Of a stretch of 64,000 nucleotides of DNA, positions 9,828-19,829 are shown piece by piece. A program made the translations under genes and the position numbers. The first letter of the stretch is position 1; every line of letters starts with the position of its first letter. Source of the DNA: Gammaproteobacteria bacterium (GTDB lineage Bacteria; Pseudomonadota; Gammaproteobacteria; GCA-001735895); assembly GCA_009937625.1 (NCBI GenBank), contig JAACFA010000007.1:7939-71938 (forward strand), written 5' to 3'. The notes below the pieces were generated by a model. It saw only the letters and a list, made by a program, of their open reading frames with translations. It was not told the DNA's origin and ran no database searches.

Positions 9828-11414
9828 CTACCCCTTGAACATTTGCAACATGCGTTGCGTCACTGAAAATCCACCGACGATGTTGACGCAGGTAATGAAC
9901 ACCGCGATCCCCGAGAGAATGTAAATCAGGCTGCTGGAGCTCGATATCTGCGTTAGCGCGCCGAGCACGATAATACTGCTGATGGCGTTGGTTACGCTCA
10001 TCAACGGCGTGTGTAGCGTCGGGCTAACGTTCCAGATCACCATGTATCCGATGAAACATGACAGCACGAACACGGTGAAATGCGCCATGAAAGACGGCGG
10101 TGCAACCTGGCCCAGGCCAAACAGCGCGAGCCCAGCGAGGGCGACTGGAAACCAGGCGCTTTTCAGGAACTGGGTCATTTTGGAGAATCCGGTCGCCTCT
10201 TCCGGCGCCTTGACCTGCTCGGCCTCGGGCTTGATTGCCTGCCCGCCGAAGCTCGGTTTACGCTCGGCGCCAACCGCGATCGGCGGTGGCGGCCAGGTAA
10301 TCTCTCCCTGCTTGACGACGGTTGCGCCGCGGATAACGTCGTCTTCCATGTCAACCACGATATTGCCGTCTTTTTCCGGGTTCATTTCCATGATCAGGTT
10401 GTAGACGTTGGTGCCGTAGAGCTGGCTCGACTGGGTCGCCAGCCGGCTTGGCAGGTCGGTGTAACCGACGACATGGACACCATGGCTATCGACCACCTCT
10501 CCCGGCACCGTGGCTTCGCAGTTACCGCCCTGCTCGGCGGCGAGATCGACGATAACACTGCCGGCGCGCATGGTTTTTACCATGCCGTTGGTAATCAGCT
10601 TGGGCGCCGGTTTACCGGGAATCAGCGCCGTCGTGATAATCACGTCGACCTCGTAGGCCTGGCGCGCGAACAGCGCCATTTCAGCCTCGATGAACTCCTT
10701 GCTCATGACCTTGGCGTAACCGCCCTCGCCGGTGCCGTCTTCCTCGAAATCGAGCTCGAGAAATTCGGCGTCCATACTCAGGATCTGGTCTTTGACCTCG
10801 GGTCGGGTATCGAAGGCGCGCACGATCGCACCCAGCGACTTGGCGGCGCCGATTGCGGCCAAACCGGCCACGCCCGCGCCTATGACCAGCACCTTGGCAG
10901 GGTCCACTTTACCGGCTGCGGTTATCTGCCCCGAAAAGAAACGGCCGAAGTGATTGGCGGCCTCGATCACGGCGCGGTAACCGCCGATATTTGCCATCGA
11001 GCTCAGCGCATCGAGTTTCTGCGCGCGCGAAATTCGCGGAATACTGTCCATTGCCAGCACGGTAACCTTGCGCGCCGCGAATTGCTGCAGCAAATCCTGG
11101 TTTTGCGCGGGCCAGATGAAACTGATCAGGCTGGCACCTTCCGACATCAACTCGATTTCATGCCGCCCCAGATCGGAATTGAACTCGGGCGGGCGTACCT
11201 TGATAACCAGGTCCGCGCCCCAGGCGCCAGCGGCATCTGCAGCGATGCCGGCACCGGCTTCCTTGAAAACATCGTCGTTAATGCTTGCATTGGCACCGGC
11301 GCCCGACTCGACGATTACCTCGAATCCGGCCGCGATCAGTTTCACCACTATTTCGGGAGACGCGGCAACGCGCTTTTCCCCGGGATGAATTTCTGCGGGT
11401 ATTCCTATAATCAT
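9828..11414 (-). CDS. pntA: NAD(P) transhydrogenase subunit alpha
   Basis: 528-aa AlaDH/PNT NAD-binding domain ([22 protein letters not shown]) with C-terminal TM helices. It lies directly upstream of pntB. Confidence 0.95.
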   Translation of the reverse strand: MIIGIPAEIHPGEKRVAASPEIVVKLIAAGFEVIVESGAGANASINDDVFKEAGAGIAADAAGAWGADLVIKVRPPEFNSDLGRHEIELMSEGASLISFIWPAQNQDLLQQFAARKVTVLAMDSIPRISRAQKLDALSSMANIGGYRAVIEAANHFGRFFSGQITAAGKVDPAKVLVIGAGVAGLAAIGAAKSLGAIVRAFDTRPEVKDQILSMDAEFLELDFEEDGTGEGGYAKVMSKEFIEAEMALFARQAYEVDVIITTALIPGKPAPKLITNGMVKTMRAGSVIVDLAAEQGGNCEATVPGEVVDSHGVHVVGYTDLPSRLATQSSQLYGTNVYNLIMEMNPEKDGNIVVDMEDDVIRGATVVKQGEITWPPPPIAVGAERKPSFGGQAIKPEAEQVKAPEEATGFSKMTQFLKSAWFPVALAGLALFGLGQVAPPSFMAHFTVFVLSCFIGYMVIWNVSPTLHTPLMSVTNAISSIIVLGALTQISSSSSLIYILSGIAVFITCVNIVGGFSVTQRMLQMFKG

Positions 11415-11636
11415 GTTAACTAGCCCCTGTTAGTCTTTGCCGCCCAAAACCCCGACGGCGGCAAATAGCGAATCAATATATTCGAGATTTGGTATATTGT
11501 ATACCAAATTCAGTTTCACCCAGATCGTGCCCGGTACTGCTATCATTTGACCGTTGCCGTAGACAGCCCCACACGATACGTGCATCATTCTGCACCAGTT
11601 CCCTATCCCTGGTTATCCCGTTTTTCGATTCCCATC

Positions 11637-12632
11637 ATGCAGTTTTTAGATTCCATCCTGGAAAAAGCCCGCGACCACCGCCAGACCATCGTGCTCGCCG
11701 AGGGCGAAGACCTGCGCGTCATAGCCGCGGCACAGCGTGCCCACGATGACGGAATCGCCAATTGCATACTCGTCGGCAATCGCACCGCCATCCTGCGGCA
11801 GGCCGAAGCGTCTGGGTATGATTTGACTGACATTAGAATCGAAGACCCGAGCGCTTCACAATACCACCAAAGATATAGTGAAGCACTGTGGCAATTACGC
11901 AAGCACAAGGGCATGACGCAGGAGCAGGCGCAACGGCAGACGCGGGACCCGCTGTGTTTTGCCGACCTGATGCTGCAAGCCAACCACGCCGACGGCGCCA
12001 TTGCCGGCGCGGTTTACACCACCGGCGACCGCGTGCGCTCGGCGCTGCAAATCGTCGGCGTGATGCCCGGGTTCAGCTCGGTCTCGAGTTTCATGTTGAT
12101 GCTGTTCGAGGCCGAGCATCACCAGCCGAAACAGGCGATGATTTTTTCCGACTGCGGGCTGATCGTCGATCCCGACGCCGAGCAGCTGGCCGAGATCGCG
12201 GTCGCGGCGGCGAACTCGGCACGCCAGTTGATCGACGACGAACCGCGTGTCGCGATGCTGTCCTTTTCCACCGACGGCAGCGCCAGTCATCCGCTGGTGG
12301 ACAAGGTGCGCCGGGCGACCGAGCTCGCGCGCCGGCAGATGCCCGGCGTCGCGGTGGAGGGAGAAGTGCAGCTCGACGCCGCCATCGTGCCCGCGATTGC
12401 CGCGCAAAAGATCAAAGATTCGCGTATCGACGGCCGCGCCAACGTGCTGATTTTTCCCGATCTCGACGCCGGCAATATCGGTTACAAGCTGACCCAGAGA
12501 TTCGGCGGGGCAAGCGCGATCGGTCCGGTTCTGCAGGGACTCAACCGTCCGGCCAACGACTTGTCGCGCGGCTGCAGTACCGAAGACGTCTACAACCTGA
12601 TCGCGCTGACCGCGGTGCAGTCACGGGGCTAG
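11637..12632 (+). CDS. pta: Phosphate acetyltransferase, short PTA_PTB form
   Basis: About 330-aa PTA_PTB family protein with motifs such as VLAEGED.RV and [14 protein letters not shown]. The start was chosen at [11 protein letters not shown]. Confidence 0.8.
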   Translation: MQFLDSILEKARDHRQTIVLAEGEDLRVIAAAQRAHDDGIANCILVGNRTAILRQAEASGYDLTDIRIEDPSASQYHQRYSEALWQLRKHKGMTQEQAQRQTRDPLCFADLMLQANHADGAIAGAVYTTGDRVRSALQIVGVMPGFSSVSSFMLMLFEAEHHQPKQAMIFSDCGLIVDPDAEQLAEIAVAAANSARQLIDDEPRVAMLSFSTDGSASHPLVDKVRRATELARRQMPGVAVEGEVQLDAAIVPAIAAQKIKDSRIDGRANVLIFPDLDAGNIGYKLTQRFGGASAIGPVLQGLNRPANDLSRGCSTEDVYNLIALTAVQSRG

Positions 12633-12668
12633 GTTAATCCCGGGTCGGTTCGACGGGATCGGGGAATT

Positions 12669-15065
12669 TCAGGAAATCTCTTCGGGCAGTTCCAGCGCGT
12701 CGTGCAGCGCCTTGACTTCGTCGCGCACCGCGGCCATCGACTGCGGGCGCGCACCGGGGTCGACCGCCATCATTTTCACGATCAGCCGCGAGACCTCGGG
12801 CGAGGCGCCGTCTTTGACCTTGACGATCGGCGGCGCATCGCCGGCGCGATGCATCGACAGCACCTCCATGGGCTTGCCGACATAGGGCAACTTGCCGCTG
12901 AACATGTAGTAGGCGATGACGCCCAACGAATAAATATCGCTGCGCTCGTCGGCGTCGGCGCCCTCGGCGCGTTCGGGCGCGAGGTAGGCGGGGCTGCCGA
13001 TAATCGAACCGGTCTGGGTCAGCGTAGAATCTGACTGGGTGCCAGCCGAGGCGATACCGAAATCCACGATCTTGACCTGCCATTTGTCGTCGATCAGGAT
13101 GTTACTCGGCTTCAGGTCGCGATGGATCACTTCCTCTTCGTGCGCGGCCGCCATGCCGCTGGCAATCTGGTAAAGAATACTGAGACCATCGACGGTCTCG
13201 AAACTGTTGATCTTTTTTATCACCGCTTCCAGTCCCCGACTCCTGAAATACTCCATCGAGATCGCGCAGACCTGATCCTTGAGCAGGATATCGTGCACGC
13301 GAATGACGTTGCGATGGCTTACCCGGCGGGCGTACTTGACCTCGCGCTTGAAACGCTCGGTGGAATCCTGGTCCATGGTTAGCTCGGGCAGCATGAACTT
13401 GAGTACCAGTTTCTCGTCGACCATATCGTCCTCGACCAGCATAACGCGCCCCATCGCGCCGCGCCCGATTTCCTCCTTGATGTGATAGCGATCCATCCAC
13501 ACCTCGCCGGGACCCAGTGCATCCAGCAGCGAGATATTTTCCACCGGCCTCAGGGAACCGGTAGCATCGAACAGCGGCAAATCGACCGCCCCGGTGCTGG
13601 TATTCGAATTTTCGTCTATCTGCATATCGGGCAGGTCGAAATCACGGGTAATCTGCGACATCAGCATCTTGGCGAATTCGCGCATTTCAGTGGTCAGCAT
13701 CGGCAGGCTCCACAGAATATTGTCGCGCACGTTGATTGCGTGCTTTTCGGTGGTGATCGCCTCGATAGTTTCCAGCGCCGCGCGCTGGACGTTGGCATGC
13801 GAGCTCTTGAGCCCGTCGAAAGCGATCTCGAGCCCCTTGCCGAACCCCAGCTGTTTGACCGCGCGCAACACCAGTACGAAGTCGTCGGGGTAGGCCTCGA
13901 CCTGTTTCTTCAGAATCGCGATAGCGCCGCGGTTGGACGACTTGGCCAGCGACTGGATCGCGCGCTCCCGCACCTGCCAGTTGTCGCTCAACGCGAATTC
14001 CTCGACTCTTCCGAGATCCTCGTCACCGATCAGGTTCATGACCAGCGCCTGCGCGCTGTTGCGCACGAATTCCTGATCGTGACCGGTCAGTTCGCGCGCC
14101 ACATCGGATATGTTCTCATTGGCAAACTTCTGCACGCAGGCAACCGCCTGCTGTTGCGTCCAGTCATCCTCGAGCATCAGGCGGCGTAGAAATTTCTCGA
14201 AATTCTCGGTGTCGGAGTTGACCACTACGATACGCGCGAAGAAGTCGTTCAACTCGCTCGACTTCGACGTCAGATAGGCCGACAGATGCGGCACCAGGCT
14301 GGCGTCAGCCTGCTTGGCAATAATCTTGAGCACGTATTCGAGCTCGACACCGCTCATGGTTTCGGCATAGGGCAACAGTACCGAGACATCGAAATCTATC
14401 TTCAGCCGGTTCAGCGTCTTGAGCGCCTCGAGAACGACAACCTTGTTGGTATCGTCCAGGAAGCGGGAGACGATCAGCGGGATCTTCGGCTCGTTGACAG
14501 TGCCGAAATAATTCAACAGGTTGATCTTGTAAATTGGGCTTTCGATCTTGTCCAGCTGGAAACTCAAATTCGATAAATCGACCGGCTGCTGACTGCCTTC
14601 GATCAGTTTCAAAAGCTGGATCGCGTAATCCGACTCCAGTTTGAGCGAGTGATTGATAATATCTTCCGGTTTCAGCAGGTGCTTGCGTGCTTCCAGCACC
14701 TCGATGACTTCGTTGAGCGAAGCCCCCGGCTCGTGTAAACGCTGGAACAACCTGCTCGAGTCGCCCGACCCGGACTGCGACAGGATTTCGCTGGCAGCGG
14801 CGCGGAACTCGGTTTCGTCATGCGACAACACATCGAGAAAATAAGCCTCGGAAAAACCGTCGGCCGATTCACGACAGATATTTTTCAGCACTTCGCTATG
14901 CGGCTCGCCGACCTGGGTAATGGTCGTCAGCACTTTATCCAGATTATCGTTGATCGATCCCCTGATTTTCTCGACCAATGAGGCACCCTTCTTGCTATCG
15001 AGGTCCTCGCATTCAAGAAACTGGTTGAGCGTACGGCTGAATAAAATATTTCCGATTTTTGCCAT
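12669..15065 (-). CDS. HEAT-repeat protein with a C-terminal Hanks-type Ser/Thr protein kinase domain
   Basis: The C-terminal 280 aa carry GRGAMGRV (Gly loop), a VLKF lysine, HRDLKPSNIL, DFGIA and SPAYLAPE. The N-terminal 500 aa consist of HEAT/PBS-lyase-like repeats. GC is about 50-54%, compared with 60-65% in flanking genes. Confidence 0.8.
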   Translation of the reverse strand: MAKIGNILFSRTLNQFLECEDLDSKKGASLVEKIRGSINDNLDKVLTTITQVGEPHSEVLKNICRESADGFSEAYFLDVLSHDETEFRAAASEILSQSGSGDSSRLFQRLHEPGASLNEVIEVLEARKHLLKPEDIINHSLKLESDYAIQLLKLIEGSQQPVDLSNLSFQLDKIESPIYKINLLNYFGTVNEPKIPLIVSRFLDDTNKVVVLEALKTLNRLKIDFDVSVLLPYAETMSGVELEYVLKIIAKQADASLVPHLSAYLTSKSSELNDFFARIVVVNSDTENFEKFLRRLMLEDDWTQQQAVACVQKFANENISDVARELTGHDQEFVRNSAQALVMNLIGDEDLGRVEEFALSDNWQVRERAIQSLAKSSNRGAIAILKKQVEAYPDDFVLVLRAVKQLGFGKGLEIAFDGLKSSHANVQRAALETIEAITTEKHAINVRDNILWSLPMLTTEMREFAKMLMSQITRDFDLPDMQIDENSNTSTGAVDLPLFDATGSLRPVENISLLDALGPGEVWMDRYHIKEEIGRGAMGRVMLVEDDMVDEKLVLKFMLPELTMDQDSTERFKREVKYARRVSHRNVIRVHDILLKDQVCAISMEYFRSRGLEAVIKKINSFETVDGLSILYQIASGMAAAHEEEVIHRDLKPSNILIDDKWQVKIVDFGIASAGTQSDSTLTQTGSIIGSPAYLAPERAEGADADERSDIYSLGVIAYYMFSGKLPYVGKPMEVLSMHRAGDAPPIVKVKDGASPEVSRLIVKMMAVDPGARPQSMAAVRDEVKALHDALELPEEIS

Positions 15066-15250
15066 ATGGAGCAGTAATACCTCTCAGGCGAGCCCGCCTG
15101 CTACCTTTTGCGCTAAATTTAGATTGGCCTAGAAATGAGTATAGATGAGTATCTGGAAACAGAAACCGATAAAAAAGGCACTTTTTTCAATCATTTGAAG
15201 GCGTTAACCCTGTTTAGAGCCGGCTGCTCCACAATGGAGCCGTAACGCGA

Positions 15251-15925
15251 TCAGTTTTCGCCGTGATTACCGAGAAAAGCCTGCAGGTGAAACCTGCCCT
15301 GTTCCGGGACATAGCGTAACCCGGGGGCCACCGGGCAAGCATAGCGCGCCAGGCAGCCGAGTGCGTGACATTCCGCCAGCGGCATTTGACGCAGGTAGCC
15401 GGCGCAGGCCTCGACGTCGTAGCCGCTGCCGTCGAAGGCGTCCACCGGGCAACGTCGCAGGCAGGGTTTGTCGCTACAGTCGATACAGGGTGAGGCCGCC
15501 GCATGCCCTGCCGTATCGCCCTCGAATTCGGTTCCGAGCAGGGCAAAGCGGTAGGAATGCCAGAGGCCGAATTCGGGATGCATCATTACTCCGATCGGCG
15601 ACTGCTCGAGCGCCTCGGCGCGTTGCGCCCAGCGTTGAAACGGGTAATAGGGCGGACCCTCGAAGGGATAAACCGGCTGCAGTGAAAATTCGGCTGCGAC
15701 GGTCTCGGCCACGCGCCGGCTCCAGCGATCGAGCGGGTCCGCGGCACCATCGTCATACTCGGGCGACTCGCTGAACAGCGGCCAGTAACTCGAGCCGATG
15801 TTACCCACCAGCGCGATTGCCGCCCGGTCGACGGGAAACCCGTAGCTTTCCAGTTCATCCGGATTCAGGCGCGTAATTCCGCGCAGGTATAACCCGTACT
15901 CGCGCAGCCGCTGCTCCAGGGTCAC
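15251..15925 (-). CDS. Cys-rich ferredoxin-like (putative Fe-S) protein, function unknown
   Basis: 224 aa with a C-terminal CIDCSDKPCLRRCP motif plus CAGY, CHALGC and YACP cysteines. It uses a GTG start that overlaps the upstream stop codon as GTGA. Confidence 0.45.
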   Translation of the reverse strand: MTLEQRLREYGLYLRGITRLNPDELESYGFPVDRAAIALVGNIGSSYWPLFSESPEYDDGAADPLDRWSRRVAETVAAEFSLQPVYPFEGPPYYPFQRWAQRAEALEQSPIGVMMHPEFGLWHSYRFALLGTEFEGDTAGHAAASPCIDCSDKPCLRRCPVDAFDGSGYDVEACAGYLRQMPLAECHALGCLARYACPVAPGLRYVPEQGRFHLQAFLGNHGEN

Positions 15926-17952
15926 GCCGCGGATCCCGAGCGCCAGTTGCAGGCCGGCCCGATCGCGGTCGCGATCACGGTCGATTCGAGGAACAGCTCG
16001 CCATCGACGTCGTCCTTGACGTGAACCTCGTCATAGGCCAGCGTCACGCTCGGGTCGATGGCGCCGGCCTCGAGCGCTTTCTGCCGCGCGATCCGGGTGG
16101 CGATCTCGCTCGCTTCCCGCTTTGCGGCCTCCAACGATTCGAAGTTTTGCGGCTGATCTTCATGGAACAGGCGGAAGGTGCCGTGCTGGGGTTGCGTCAC
16201 CGTGACCTGGGCACGCTGAATCACGCTGCCCATGACCGCGCCGAAGGCATTGGCGACATCGCCATGCTCGGGCAGGTGCAGCCCGATGAACATGCTGTCG
16301 GCGACATCCGGGTAGTAACTCGCTGCCGGCGCGCCGACCGCGACGATCGGGTAGTCGCTGGCGAAATCCAGGTTGAACAGGGGCTTGCGCCCCCGGTTTT
16401 CATGGCTGCCGATGACCATGCGGGTGATGGTGTCGACAATGCCGTTAGCCATGGCCGATTTGCCGCTGAGATCAAACTCGTTAAGGCCGACCTCGACCAG
16501 CAGGCGCCGGATCGAATCGGTTACCAGGTCGTATACCTGGCGGCAGGCGGTCTCGATATCGTCGCTGTCCCATTTACCGTAACCGTAGAGAAAACGCATC
16601 TGCCGCATCCAGATGCGGGCCGAAAGTTCCGCCGCATGGCGGTCCCAGTGCGAGTTGATGCCAAGCACGTGAACCGCGTCCGACGGCGTGAACCCGCTGT
16701 AAATAGCGAGCCCAAGGCGTTTCAACTTGGCCAGCGCGCGCGCATAGTTTCGGTTTTCCTGCACGATGGCGTCGAGCTCGACCGGTTTGTCGGACAGCAA
16801 TTCCCAGGCCTCCATTTCGACTTTGTTCAACTGCTGCAGCAGGGCCTGGTTGTTTTCCAGCCGCATCACGAAACGGTTGCTGCGCGCGCTGGCCATGCCC
16901 TCGAGCTGGGCCTCGAGTTTAGGAATCACTTCCGGGTAAAGGTGGGCCAGCAGGCTGGTCGGCACCACGCGGCGCGGTCCGACCGACAGTCCCTTGTGGC
17001 CGCCGAAGCGAACCTCGCTGTCGCCGCCGAGCCCGATCGAGCTGACGCGCACTGCCTCGACCATCGGTTTCCAGTCGCCGATGTTGGCACCGTCGGCGCT
17101 GAGCTGCGGCTGGCCGTTGCTGACGACCGCAATATCTGTTGTGGTGCCGCCCATGTCGGCGACGATCGCGTTATCGAGCCCGGACAACTGGCAGGCGCCG
17201 ATTACGCTGGCCGCCGGCCCGGAAAGCACGGTGCCGATCGGTTTCTCGATTGCGTTATCGAGGCTCGCCAGCGAACCGTCGCCCTTGACCAGCATCAGCG
17301 GTGCATCGATCTTATGGTGGGCCAGGATCTTCTGCACCGAGGTGATGAGTTCCTTGATCGGTGGCACCATGCGCGCATTCAGGGCCGCGGTCAGCGCGCG
17401 CCGCGGCGCGCCCAGGCTCGAAGCCAGTTCGTGGCCGCAGATTACCGGCATGCCCGTGAGTTCGGTGACCATTTGCTTGAGACGGCTTTCATGGCTGGAG
17501 TTGCGCGTGCCGAACATGCTGGAGATGGCAAACGCCGACACCTGTGATTTGAGCCGTTCGATCGCTTCCTGTGCGGCGCCTTCGTCCAGCGGCTGATGCT
17601 CGCGACCGACCGCATCGTAACCACCTTCGAGCCGCACCACGAACTGCGCCGGCAGGATTTCGAGCAGGCCGCTCTGCTTGATCTGCTCCGAGCTATAGCC
17701 CGGCAACAGCACGCACACCGGCGCACCGAGATCTTCCACCACCGAGTTTGTGGTCAGCGTGGTCGACAGCGATACCATGGTGACCTCGCCCAGGGACGCG
17801 GCCGGCAGTTTGGCGACGACGTCGCCGATGCCGAGGCTCAGGTCAAAGCGCGTGGTCAGGCTCTTTTCGGCGTTGACTATCTGTTTGTTGTCATCGACCA
17901 GCACCGCATCGGTAAAGGTACCGCCGGTGTCGATTCCAAGGCGCAACGACAT
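15922..17952 (-). CDS. Hydantoinase/oxoprolinase-family protein (Hydant_A_N plus Hydantoinase_A)
   Basis: 676 aa with an N-terminal GIDTGGTFTD ASKHA-like motif and a later DMGGTTTD motif. There is no HyuB-like partner in the window. Confidence 0.8.
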   Translation of the reverse strand: MSLRLGIDTGGTFTDAVLVDDNKQIVNAEKSLTTRFDLSLGIGDVVAKLPAASLGEVTMVSLSTTLTTNSVVEDLGAPVCVLLPGYSSEQIKQSGLLEILPAQFVVRLEGGYDAVGREHQPLDEGAAQEAIERLKSQVSAFAISSMFGTRNSSHESRLKQMVTELTGMPVICGHELASSLGAPRRALTAALNARMVPPIKELITSVQKILAHHKIDAPLMLVKGDGSLASLDNAIEKPIGTVLSGPAASVIGACQLSGLDNAIVADMGGTTTDIAVVSNGQPQLSADGANIGDWKPMVEAVRVSSIGLGGDSEVRFGGHKGLSVGPRRVVPTSLLAHLYPEVIPKLEAQLEGMASARSNRFVMRLENNQALLQQLNKVEMEAWELLSDKPVELDAIVQENRNYARALAKLKRLGLAIYSGFTPSDAVHVLGINSHWDRHAAELSARIWMRQMRFLYGYGKWDSDDIETACRQVYDLVTDSIRRLLVEVGLNEFDLSGKSAMANGIVDTITRMVIGSHENRGRKPLFNLDFASDYPIVAVGAPAASYYPDVADSMFIGLHLPEHGDVANAFGAVMGSVIQRAQVTVTQPQHGTFRLFHEDQPQNFESLEAAKREASEIATRIARQKALEAGAIDPSVTLAYDEVHVKDDVDGELFLESTVIATAIGPACNWRSGSAA

Positions 17953-18128
17953 GTATAACTCCAGTGTTTTCGCGGACTATATATTCACCGCCAGTATCAG
18001 TCTACGACCGCTAGTTAATCATTTGCGACATCGCGTACAATAGCTATCCCTTGCTGATTCCCGGCCGGAGTGAGCTCGCACAAAAGGCTGGAATTCAACA
18101 CCGCCGCTTTACCCCGAGATCAATAAAT

Positions 18129-19142
18129 ATGACCGATAGCTGCGTACTTCCCGATTTCGATGTCAACGAGGCGGGCGAGATTGCGCGCCGGCTGTTTGCA
18201 CTGGACGGCCCGGTGAAGCAGCTCGATGGAGAGCGCGATTTGAATTTCCTGATCGGCGACAAGGGTAACCGCTATGTCTTCAAGATTGCCAACGCGGAGG
18301 AAGCCCCCGCGATGCTCGAATGCCAGCACGAAGTGTTTGAGCGCCTGGCAGTAGCGCGTGTTTTCCCGGAAATCGCCACCGCGCGCGAATCGGTAAACGG
18401 CAAGCTGGTCGAATCCGTATGCAGCAAGTCGGGTATCGAGCATGCCTGCCGCGTAATGCCGTACATCGAGGGTCAAATGCTGTCCCAGGTTGGAAACCTG
18501 CAAGCCGAGCTGCTGCAGGATATCGGCCGGCGCCTGGCCCTGCTCGACCGGGCGCTCGAATCATTCTCGCACCCGGCGCTGGAACGATCCTTATTGTGGC
18601 GCATGGACAATGCGCTCGACGTGCTCGACTCGTTCAAGTCGCTGGTGGCGGACAGCCGGCAGCGCAAAACGATCGACTATTTCGAGTCAGGTTACCGCGC
18701 GCGGGTGCTGCCACGGCAGCAAGAACTGCGCCGCGCGGTAATTCACAACGACGCCAACCGCGCCAACGTGCTGGTGGACGAGTCGGGCCTGCGGGTGGTC
18801 AGCGTCATCGATTTCGGCGACATGATCGAGACCTGGCTCGTGATCGAGCCGGTAATCGCGGCGACCTACGTGATGCTGGGCCAGCCCGACCCGCTGGCGA
18901 AGGCGGCCAGCCTGCTGCGCGGATTCGATACCGAGCTGCCGCTTCAGCCCGCGGAGATCGAGCTGGTATACGATTTTATCTGCATGCGCCTGTGTACCAG
19001 CATCTGTATCAACGCCCACCAGGTAGCGCTCGAGCCCGATAACGAATATCTCAGTATCGATATCGCGGACTCGTGGAATTTGCTGGTTTACCTGCGAGAC
19101 ATCGACCCCGCAGCCGCGCGCGCCGCACTTTTCCCGGGCTAG
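18129..19142 (+). CDS. Aminoglycoside phosphotransferase (APH)/choline kinase-fold small-molecule kinase
   Basis: Brenner motif HNDANRANVLVDE and an IDFGD metal-binding motif. It is about 340 aa. Confidence 0.7.
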   Translation: MTDSCVLPDFDVNEAGEIARRLFALDGPVKQLDGERDLNFLIGDKGNRYVFKIANAEEAPAMLECQHEVFERLAVARVFPEIATARESVNGKLVESVCSKSGIEHACRVMPYIEGQMLSQVGNLQAELLQDIGRRLALLDRALESFSHPALERSLLWRMDNALDVLDSFKSLVADSRQRKTIDYFESGYRARVLPRQQELRRAVIHNDANRANVLVDESGLRVVSVIDFGDMIETWLVIEPVIAATYVMLGQPDPLAKAASLLRGFDTELPLQPAEIELVYDFICMRLCTSICINAHQVALEPDNEYLSIDIADSWNLLVYLRDIDPAAARAALFPG

Positions 19143-19184
19143 CCCGATTCGCGGGAGCGTACCGTCTTGGGGGGAGTATCGCGA

Positions 19185-19529
19185 TTATCCGAGCACGCGC
19201 TTGCGGTAGCTGGCGCGATGGATATCGACGATTTCGACGCCGACGCTGACCACCGCGGGTAGCATCGGCTCGATCCTGGCAAGAATCGCCTCGCTGAGCA
19301 TGGTTTTCTGTTCGTCGCTGCGCCCGTCCAGCAGGTGCACGGCGACGTGCACGAAGGAATCCCGCGTCTGGCCCATGCGGTGATATCGATAAGCGATCGC
19401 GCGCGTTTTGATATCGTATTCCGGGAACAGTTCCGAGCTAAAGGCAGCTTCGTGCGCCGCATCGACCAGGTCGGTAATCCCAACCTGCCCTGCAACATCT
19501 TCAGAGTGTTCTATAATCACATGTGGCAT
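19185..19529 (-). CDS. 5-carboxymethyl-2-hydroxymuconate isomerase-like tautomerase
   Basis: 114 aa beginning MPHVIIEHSE..., with length and pattern similar to HpcD/CHMI family proteins. Confidence 0.55.
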   Translation of the reverse strand: MPHVIIEHSEDVAGQVGITDLVDAAHEAAFSSELFPEYDIKTRAIAYRYHRMGQTRDSFVHVAVHLLDGRSDEQKTMLSEAILARIEPMLPAVVSVGVEIVDIHRASYRKRVLG

Positions 19530-19796
19530 TATTCTCTCCTAGAAGACAAATTGAGAGGGGACAGATTCTTAACCGGATTTATTCCCTTTTTTTATGCGGA
19601 ACCGGCAATCCCGGGTTTAGCCCGCTTGCTGAGGCCCCGGGGTATGTGCTGCACGAGACCTGTCATCAAAGCCCCGCAATAAAGACACTGACGAAGCATT
19701 ACCGGTACTTGTCCTTGCCTGCTGCACCCTTATCCTGCGAATACTATCGCGTCAGCCGTTTCAAGATCCCGGATAAGTGCTGGCGCACTTTCCGGG

Positions 19797-19829
19797 ATGA
19801 CGAGAGGCGGCTAAAGCCGCCTCTCGTCA
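19797..19829 (-). terminator. Perfect 13-bp stem hairpin at the ETF-QO stop codon
   Basis: gacgagaggcggc-taaa-gccgcctctcgtc. There is no clear U-tract. Confidence 0.4.

Noticed and set aside
10080-11423. Long antisense ORFs opposite well-supported genes, including 10080-11423, 16021-17547, 34270-35541, 39543-41006, 43227-44372, 45032-46048 and 55743-56786
   Set aside because: They lie entirely inside strongly supported genes on the other strand. Their translations are low-complexity and Arg/Ala/Gly-rich, as expected from high-GC antisense frames. None shows recognisable motifs.
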